From positions 5,084,001 through 5,148,000 of the forward strand of contig JBNJNM010000011.1 in assembly GCA_052426225.1 (NCBI GenBank): 64,000 nt of DNA, written 5' to 3'. The notes below the pieces were generated by a model. That model saw nothing but the letters and a program-made list of their open reading frames with translations. It searched no databases and was not told where the DNA came from. The DNA is from Zancudomyces culisetae HAW-14-8. Its lineage: Eukaryota > Fungi > Kickxellomycota. The translations under genes were made by a program, and so were the position numbers. Positions 1 through 7,467 of the stretch are shown here, piece by piece; the stretch's first letter is position 1, and every line of letters starts with the position of its first letter.

Positions 1-216
1 CCAATTTGATTAGTAATCAAACACGTTTTACTTTAACTTGCATTTTTAGCTATTCCGCAGTTTTCATAGTGATTTTGTTCAAAAACCAAGGCTGGAAAAA
101 AGTATAAAAAGGGTACAATTTTCCTGTCTTGGATTCAGTATCTAGTATCTTGTATACATTCATACAATAAACTTTAATAATAATAAATATAACTCTCCTG
201 ACTCCAGATCTTGACA
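1..216 (+). mobile_element. 3' part of an LTR of family C (truncated by the window edge)
   Basis: Matches 1824-2039 of the solo LTR inside element A, with 5 substitutions in 216 bp by eye. Ends ...TCTTGACA at 216. Confidence 0.85.
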
Positions 217-227
217 GGTTATATGAG

Positions 228-236
228 TATATAATA
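228..236 (+). promoter_or_regulatory. TATATAATA, putative original TATA element of tRNA-Gly, displaced by elements A and B1
   Basis: Removing A and B1 plus one copy of each TSD places this motif at -31 from the tRNA-Gly 5' end. The same 9-mer lies at -32 of tRNA-Leu in that reconstructed site (45928-45936). Confidence 0.6.
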
Positions 237-255
237 GTCAACTTGAAATCTTCTT

Positions 256-944
256 TGTTGTATGCTTAGTTCTATCCAAGCTAAACTATTGGATAAACAG
301 CATACAGCTTCTCAAACACCGAATAACCACCGTTATCTCGGGTGTTCGAGCTAGTAATCTGGGATTACTAGGGTGAAATTATCACCCAAAAAGTGAGTCA
401 ATATTAAGTTTTGATTATTTTATTTTAAGTTTCTATTATATAAAGTTCTAATAAAATAGCTAGTCAGGTACTAGTATATTACTAGTAACCTCACCACAAG
501 TTTGGTGGTTTTATCTTTTTATTTTTAAAAGTTATTCATTAAATAAAATACAAATTAGCTCTAAAATACTTGATTTTACTCTATAAAATTGAAATTTGTG
601 ATTTGAGCAAAAACCTACCTAAAACCAAAAAAAAACATAGGTAGTGAAGCGTAACACAATTTTCAAAGGGTATCAGAAAGGTATCAGAGTCTAATTTTTG
701 GACCAAAATTAATTGTTTTGCACACCAAATTTTAGGAGTTGGGCGTAATTTTACCCAGTTTTATCGCATTTATTGAAGTAATAAATATATAAAACTAAAT
801 TAAATATAAGCTAAAAAGGTAGGGTTGACTGGTTAAATAAAGTAAAACTTATTCCAGTAACAATCCCCCTCTATTAGCAGAACTTTTTGTAGGTTTAGTT
901 GCGGAAATTTCCTGAGAAATTTTCTGCAAACTAAAATTACAACA
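256..944 (+). repeat. 5' LTR of element A
   Basis: Identical by eye to 6368-7056, with a 7-bp terminal inverted repeat TGTTGTA/TACAACA. Confidence 0.97.
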
Positions 945-945
945 G

Positions 946-963
946 TGGGGGCTCTGCCGGGAA
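946..963 (+). promoter_or_regulatory. Primer-binding site of element A, probably tRNA-Pro
   Basis: TGGGGGCTCTGCCGGGAA, 1 nt after the LTR. Its complement ends ...GAGCCC-CCA like eukaryotic tRNA-Pro (compare the MLV Pro PBS TGGGGGCTCGTCCGGGAT). Confidence 0.8.
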
Positions 964-1363
964 ACTACCAAAACACTTGGGAAGTCCCGCAATAACCACT
1001 CTAGTCAGCAATTAAGCTGCTAAAGGATTATTTTATAAGTATTAAAATATATCTGGAGCATTCTGGGTGAAATACCACAGTTTCTCGGGTGCGAAAGGTA
1101 ACTAGTCAGCGACTAAAGTTACCGAAAAAATTAATATTAATTAAAAGTTTCACCAGGAGTTTTTCCTGCAGGAAACATTAATTTTGGGTAGTTATACCTC
1201 AGAAAAATTAGCAGAAGGCTAGGAATAATAGTAAATTGGTACTATTCCTTTTGCGGAGATATTTTTCCGAGAAAACTCCCAATTAAAAATATAAAAAGTT
1301 AAAAGTTCCGAACAAGTTACGGGAAGAACTATTATTAAAGTAGTTAGTTTATACTACTAAAAA

Positions 1364-2719
1364 ATGGTTGGGAACACTGGTAAAAAAGTGATATCTAACC
1401 GCGGGGGTCCAGAAATTACTCCGTTTGATAGCGCAAACTGTCCCGATGTTGAGGACTGGTTGCATACATACGGTTTAATTTCATCTATGTATGGGTGGAA
1501 TGATGCAGAAAAACTCAAGTATCTTGAGCTGTACCTATCCGGGGAGGACAAGAAGTGGTTTAAAAGGCAATTGTCAACTTTGACAACCTGGGAAGCCGCT
1601 TCCAAGAAATTCCTGGAGCAGTTCGGTTGTCATGAACTGATTCTAGAATGTTCGAAAACGTTTTAGAATCATCAGATTTTATTCCGCAGTAATGTTTAGA
1701 ATGTTCCCCAACATTCTAGAACATTACCGAAAATTCACATTATTTATTAATTTTTCTTACGTAATAATTTTCACATGTTTAATTTTATTAGAATTTGAGT
1801 TTGATTTTTGTTTGATTACTAATCCAATTTGATTAGTAATCAAACACGTTTTTCTTTAGCTTGCATATTTAGCTATTCCGCAGTTTTCATAGTGATTATG
1901 TTCAAAAACCAAGGCTGGAAAAAAGTATAAAAAGGGTACAAATTTCCTGTCTTGGATTCAGTATCTAGTATCTTGTATACATTCATACAATAAACTTTAA
2001 TAATAATAAATATAACTCTCCTGACTCCAGATCTTGACATCGGTACTCAAGAAACTGAGTTAACGGCATTGGAAACCCTGATAGATTTGCGGCAAGCAAA
2101 CTTTAAAAACTTTGAGCTTTTCGAAGCCGAGTTTGATAGTTTGGCTAATGCTGCGGGTATTAAGGAGGATTCGAAGACTTGGATGAATCTCTTTCGGAGA
2201 GCACTCACCCAAAGGAATCAAGTCCTTCTTTCTAAGGCTGGGATTACTAAGGTAAAGGAAGCTAAGGAGAAACTCCTCGAGGAAGAAAAACTCGAGAAGG
2301 CTCTGAATCTTTCGGCACCAAAGAAAACCAGAGCACCCGCAAAGGTAGAAAAGAAAGAGCAAAGTCCTCCAAAAGCGGATACTTCGCTGAAGGAAAACTT
2401 TGCTGGGGAATTACAGAGAACGTTGAAGTATATGCAAGGTTTGCAACTCAACATTCTCGACAGGATGGAAAAGCTTGAGGCCAAATCTCATGGGGGAAAC
2501 AATAGGAAACCCCAGAGAGACTTCAAGCCAAGAATCCTGGAGTGCTTCAAGTGTAAAAAGCCTGGGCACCATGGGACACAATGTCCTGAAGCAGCTGGAG
2601 GGTCGAAAGACTTAGGCTGTATTGAGCTATGCTCTGAGATGTCCGACTCAGAGGCAGAAGCGTTGTTTGGAGTGGAGAAAAGGCCCAGAAGCCCTCCCCA
2701 ACAGACAACGGCCCTGTAA
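1364..2719 (+). pseudogene. gag: gag of element A, interrupted by the solo LTR at 1628-2039
   Basis: Joining 1364-1627 to 2045-2719 restores the frame (...FLEQFG-TQETELTALETLIDL...). Contains the CCHC knuckle CFKCKKPGHHGTQC. Confidence 0.9.
1628..2039 (+). mobile_element. Solo LTR of family C (412 bp)
   Basis: TGTCA...TGACA termini and an exact 5-bp TSD TCGGT at 1623-1627 and 2040-2044. A second copy is at 1-216. Confidence 0.9.
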
Positions 2720-2784
2720 GGGGTAGAGTTAGGACAGGAGAAAATCCTCCGGGACAGGTTACCGGAGAGATTAGGGAGGTTGGT

Positions 2785-5700
2785 ATGGAGGTCGAAAAAG
2801 ACCAAAATCCACCTCAGGCAATACGAGTGGTTCCGAGAAACCCTGCGAAAGACAGGTTCTCTTTCCAGACGGAAACCAACTCTAAAACAAAACGCTACTT
2901 AGCTGATAAAGCAGCTATAGTACGCGAGAGAGGTGCGGCGACTGGGAAAACTCGCCAGACACCTGGGGACAAGGAAGAACTCCCAATAAAGGAGTTTTCC
3001 ATTGAGGATGAGTTTAACAGGATTCAACCAAAGTTAAACTATGCCCACCTCCTCAAGGTTTCCCCAATGGTTAGGAAGAGGATGTTAACATACATCCAAA
3101 AGTTGGAGGAGCAAGAGTTGGGAGCCATTGAAGATGAAGGTAGTCGTTATACAAACTGTAAAGCGTACATCGACGTCTTTGGTGAATACCACGTTGCTAT
3201 CCTAGATACTGGAGCAGCCTGCTCAGTAGTCACCAACGACTTCCTAAAAATGCTGGGTTTGGAAATAGACACTATGGATACGCCCACTATAGTGACAGCA
3301 GATGGGGCGAAACATTCCACACTTGGAATAGTTTCGGGTGTACCTTTCAGAATCGCTGGGTACATCTTTACTGGAGATCTGTTGGTCATGGAGCGGGGTA
3401 TTAATCAGCTAGTCTTAGGCATGGACTGGTTGACTAAACATGGTGCTATGGTCGACTTGGGCGGTAAAGAATTAATATTACCCAAGGGCGACAAGGAGAT
3501 TGCTTTGACACTCTTTACGAGTAAGAAAAGCAACCTCGTAGATTATTCGGGGTACGAACTCTACGGGATAGCAAAGGAGGTGTCAACTTCAACATCTGAA
3601 GTGGCACCAGAAGTACCCCAGGGGCTCCTCAATGTGCTGGAAAAGAATAAGGATCTGTTTGTGACTGATCTTATGGATCTAGAACAGACCGATGTTTTGG
3701 ACCACCGCATTGAGGTTGGAGACGCCAATCCGGTGAAGGTTCGCCCTTACAGGATTCCGCACCATCTACGGGAGCAGGTGCGAGGGGAACTGGAGGTAAT
3801 GGCAGAGAAAGGCATAATTGAGCCCTGCCAGTCCGATTGGTGCGCCCCAGTAGTGGTGGTAACTAAGAAGAACGGGAAGTTGAGAATTTGCTCAGATTAC
3901 CGTAAACTTAACTTAGTTACCCGCAAGGATCTGTACCCATTGCCAATAATTGATGATATCTTTGCGGCATTTGGGAATGCAGGGGTTTTTAGCGTAATGG
4001 ACGCTATGAGCGGGTTTTGGCAGGTCAAAATGAATCCCGCAGATAAACACAAAACAGCATTCGCTCTACCAGGAGATGGAATGTACTGTTACAACGTTAT
4101 GCCTTTTGGACTTTGCAACAGTCCCGCTACATTCCAGAAACTGATGGAGAAAGTGTTGGCAAATGTTTTATGGCGTTGTGCAATTGTGTTTATCGACGAC
4201 ATAATTGTGTACTCCAAGACCTGGGAGGAACACAAGGGACATTTAGAAGAAGTTTTTGAATGTCTCAGGAAGGGTAAAGTGCAATTGCACAAAGATAAGT
4301 GCGAATTCGGCAAGACCGAGATTCGTTACTTGGGGCATACCATTGGTAAGAATGGTATAAGTACAAATGAGGATAAAATAGTGAGTATAAACACTCTAAT
4401 AGACCCAAGAAATGTTAAAGAAATACAATCCTTCTTAGGATTCACTGGGTACTATAGGAAGTTTATACCTAACTATGCGTTAGTGGCCAGACCGTTGACA
4501 AACCTCCTAAAGAAAGATGTCTCTTGGGAGTGGTCTGAAGAATGTAAAGAGGCGGTGCGGGAGCTAAAGAGACTGCTCACTCAAGCTCCTACACTGGCAC
4601 ATCCCAATTGGGACAGGGAATTTATCCTGACCACGGATGCCTCTGGGGTCGGACTGGGAGCTATCTTAACACAAGAAATAAACGGCGAAGAACGCCCAAT
4701 AGCTTACGCCAGTCGCACCCTAAACATTCATGAAGCCAACTATGCTATTACTCATTTGGAAGGCCTTGCGGTAGTGTGGGGAATAAAGAAATTTAAACAC
4801 TACCTTTGGGGGAAAAAGTTTGTGGTGAAGACAGACCATTTGGCATTACTAAAGGTCTTTGACACCCAGGACTTAAATGGCAGAGTAGCACGATGGGCAA
4901 TGTTCCTGCGGGAGTTTGACTACGAATTCCAACATGTTAGGGGTGCTGTAAACCCTACTGATTTCCTGTCAAGAAATCCAGGAATCACGGAAGAAGTAGC
5001 CCCAGGAGCAGAGGCCGAGGAAGTAGAAATAGCGGCGATGGATGTGTTACATCACGCAGCTATTTCCAACTACCTAAGGGATAGAACTTACCCAAACAGA
5101 GCTAATGACGACTTCAGGAAAAGCCTTCGGGAAAAGGCTAAGTTGTTCAAGCTGCTGGATAATAAGTTATGCAAAGTAACAAAGCAGTTTGGGATAAGGG
5201 AAGTACTTCACCATGAGAATCAAAAGGAGAAAATCCGGGAGATTCACGAAGAAGGTCATGAAGGAATACTCTATACCCTGAATCGCGCCCGAAACAAGTA
5301 CTTCGGTAAAGGGTTGCGAGAGGTAGTTGAGGAAGTTGTAGGAGAATGTGAGCGTTGCCAAAAACAAGATAAAGGTAAATTCTTTAGAGAGCCGCTCCAT
5401 CCTTTCCTAGCCATGCGACCGTTTGAAATAATGGGGATTGACTTTGTAGGACCTATAAATCCTATAGCAAAATCAGGCAACAAGTATGTCATAACTGCGA
5501 TAGACTACTTGACGAAGTGGCCAATTGCTGTGGCGGTGCCACATGCTACTTCGGAAGTTGTGATTAACTTCTTGTTCACCAAAGTGGTGCAAGAGTTCGG
5601 TATACCCGCACAACTTATGTCTGACAGAGGAGCATCATTCACATCAGAATTGTCCTCTAAGTTTTACGAAGAGGTGGGGATTCACCACACCCCAACTACC

Positions 5701-6318
5701 GTATTTCGTCCCCAAGCTAATGGTCAAGTGGAACGCTTCCATAGAACTTTCCGTAATGTGTTAGCCAAAGTTTCTGAGAGAAACAAGGAAGAGTGGGATA
5801 CTTATATCTGGAAGGTCTTGTTAGTCATCAGGACTATGAAGAACAGATCTACAGATAAAAGCCCCGCAGAGTTACTGTATGGAGTAAAGTTGCAAACCCC
5901 AGCAACTTGGAGACCTCCTGCAGAAGTGGAAGATCTCGAGGAAGAGATGATTCAAAGGGTAAACGCCATCCAAGTTGGTATCCCCGAGATAAGGCGCCTA
6001 GCAGTTGAGAAAATGGCTGAGGCAAACCAGGTCATGAAGCAAAGGTATGACAAACAAGTAACTGTCTACCGTTTCAAGGAAGGTGACAAGGTGCTCAGAA
6101 AAGTTGAGCAGCCTTCAGGAAAATTGGAACCCTACTGGGAAGGACCATATACCGTCACCAGAGTACTTAGGTTAGGCACATACGTTATCCAAGATCCAGC
6201 AGGACACCGTGACTTGGTTAATGGAGACCGCCTTAAACCATATCGCCAGGCAGAACATATGATTCCCGAGATCACGCCAGGGAATATTCGGAGCACTTTG
6301 AGACGCTTCAAGAATTAA
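2785..6318 (+). CDS. pol: pol of element A (aspartic protease, RT, RNase H, integrase with GPY/F); frame open from 2638
   Basis: AILDTGA protease; MPFGL..FIDD RT; TDAS/TDH RNase H; HxxxH..CxxC and D-D-E integrase; WEGPYTV GPY/F motif; no chromodomain. Confidence 0.95.
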   Translation: MEVEKDQNPPQAIRVVPRNPAKDRFSFQTETNSKTKRYLADKAAIVRERGAATGKTRQTPGDKEELPIKEFSIEDEFNRIQPKLNYAHLLKVSPMVRKRMLTYIQKLEEQELGAIEDEGSRYTNCKAYIDVFGEYHVAILDTGAACSVVTNDFLKMLGLEIDTMDTPTIVTADGAKHSTLGIVSGVPFRIAGYIFTGDLLVMERGINQLVLGMDWLTKHGAMVDLGGKELILPKGDKEIALTLFTSKKSNLVDYSGYELYGIAKEVSTSTSEVAPEVPQGLLNVLEKNKDLFVTDLMDLEQTDVLDHRIEVGDANPVKVRPYRIPHHLREQVRGELEVMAEKGIIEPCQSDWCAPVVVVTKKNGKLRICSDYRKLNLVTRKDLYPLPIIDDIFAAFGNAGVFSVMDAMSGFWQVKMNPADKHKTAFALPGDGMYCYNVMPFGLCNSPATFQKLMEKVLANVLWRCAIVFIDDIIVYSKTWEEHKGHLEEVFECLRKGKVQLHKDKCEFGKTEIRYLGHTIGKNGISTNEDKIVSINTLIDPRNVKEIQSFLGFTGYYRKFIPNYALVARPLTNLLKKDVSWEWSEECKEAVRELKRLLTQAPTLAHPNWDREFILTTDASGVGLGAILTQEINGEERPIAYASRTLNIHEANYAITHLEGLAVVWGIKKFKHYLWGKKFVVKTDHLALLKVFDTQDLNGRVARWAMFLREFDYEFQHVRGAVNPTDFLSRNPGITEEVAPGAEAEEVEIAAMDVLHHAAISNYLRDRTYPNRANDDFRKSLREKAKLFKLLDNKLCKVTKQFGIREVLHHENQKEKIREIHEEGHEGILYTLNRARNKYFGKGLREVVEEVVGECERCQKQDKGKFFREPLHPFLAMRPFEIMGIDFVGPINPIAKSGNKYVITAIDYLTKWPIAVAVPHATSEVVINFLFTKVVQEFGIPAQLMSDRGASFTSELSSKFYEEVGIHHTPTTVFRPQANGQVERFHRTFRNVLAKVSERNKEEWDTYIWKVLLVIRTMKNRSTDKSPAELLYGVKLQTPATWRPPAEVEDLEEEMIQRVNAIQVGIPEIRRLAVEKMAEANQVMKQRYDKQVTVYRFKEGDKVLRKVEQPSGKLEPYWEGPYTVTRVLRLGTYVIQDPAGHRDLVNGDRLKPYRQAEHMIPEITPGNIRSTLRRFKN

Positions 6319-6357
6319 AGCTTGCACACAAAGGTTGAAACCCTGAGTGTAAGCTGT

Positions 6358-6367
6358 GGGGGGGAGG
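6358..6367 (+). promoter_or_regulatory. Polypurine tract of element A
   Basis: GGGGGGGAGG immediately before the 3' LTR. Confidence 0.85.
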
Positions 6368-7056
6368 TGTTGTATGCTTAGTTCTATCCAAGCTAAACTA
6401 TTGGATAAACAGCATACAGCTTCTCAAACACCGAATAACCACCGTTATCTCGGGTGTTCGAGCTAGTAATCTGGGATTACTAGGGTGAAATTATCACCCA
6501 AAAAGTGAGTCAATATTAAGTTTTGATTATTTTATTTTAAGTTTCTATTATATAAAGTTCTAATAAAATAGCTAGTCAGGTACTAGTATATTACTAGTAA
6601 CCTCACCACAAGTTTGGTGGTTTTATCTTTTTATTTTTAAAAGTTATTCATTAAATAAAATACAAATTAGCTCTAAAATACTTGATTTTACTCTATAAAA
6701 TTGAAATTTGTGATTTGAGCAAAAACCTACCTAAAACCAAAAAAAAACATAGGTAGTGAAGCGTAACACAATTTTCAAAGGGTATCAGAAAGGTATCAGA
6801 GTCTAATTTTTGGACCAAAATTAATTGTTTTGCACACCAAATTTTAGGAGTTGGGCGTAATTTTACCCAGTTTTATCGCATTTATTGAAGTAATAAATAT
6901 ATAAAACTAAATTAAATATAAGCTAAAAAGGTAGGGTTGACTGGTTAAATAAAGTAAAACTTATTCCAGTAACAATCCCCCTCTATTAGCAGAACTTTTT
7001 GTAGGTTTAGTTGCGGAAATTTCCTGAGAAATTTTCTGCAAACTAAAATTACAACA
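6368..7056 (+). repeat. 3' LTR of element A
   Basis: Direct repeat of 256-944 at a constant offset of 6112. Confidence 0.97.
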
Positions 7057-7426
7057 TCTTGTCGTATAGTACAATAGTACTATGTTTTAGTTTAGTTTTG
7101 TTTATTTTAGTATATTTTTTAGTTCAATTTTATAAAGTTATTTTAGATAGGTTTTATTGGCTAAAATTACGTAAAGGAAAAACAATGAAAATTGAATCCC
7201 TTTAATCGTAATTAGTTTTTATTTAAGGTTTGGTAGAGTTTTTGTGAGAGTTTTATCTATCAGATTTTTTGGTTCACATTAATAAATATTAGATTCTAAT
7301 CACTCAATATATCAGTACAAGTTAATCTTTAAGTGGTATTAGTTATCAAGGATAATACTTACTTAGAGTTACAAATTATATTGTTTTTACATTAGGTATA
7401 AATAAAATTTCTTTATTATACGACAG

Positions 7427-7444
7427 TGGTGCCTTCTGTCGGAA
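7427..7444 (+). promoter_or_regulatory. Primer-binding site of family B, probably tRNA-His
   Basis: TGGTGCCTTCTGTCGGAA, whose complement ends ...AGAAGGCA-CCA (a GCC-starting acceptor stem with A discriminator, as in eukaryotic tRNA-His). Same sequence at 46322-46339. Confidence 0.65.
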
Positions 7445-7467
7445 TCTACATCGATACTAATTGAATC

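Larger units (their letters stand above)
256..7056 (+). mobile_element. Ty3/Gypsy LTR retrotransposon, family A, full length, gag disrupted by a solo LTR
   Basis: Two 689-bp direct LTRs (TGTTGTA...TACAACA), PBS, PPT, and gag-PR-RT-RH-IN order. 4-bp TSD TCTT at 252-255; the right copy is 7057-7059 plus 12148 once B1 is removed. Confidence 0.97.

Noticed and set aside
217-227. GGTTATATGAG after the family C LTR as a Copia-type half-tRNA-iMet PBS (GGTTATGAGCCC-like)
   Set aside because: The match is imperfect and no internal domain follows. The sequence runs straight into the reconstructed tRNA upstream region, so it is more likely host flank or TSD.
2611-2617. CTTAGGC, the Ty1 +1 frameshift heptamer, near the end of gag in element A
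   Set aside because: It is not in the gag frame (read GAC-TTA-GGC), pol is in the -1 frame, and stops at 2623 and 2635 close the pol frame after it.
4189-4200. FIDD/FVDD instead of YxDD in the RT active site of A and B
   Set aside because: Phe at this position is common among Ty3/Gypsy RTs, so it indicates neither novelty nor inactivity.
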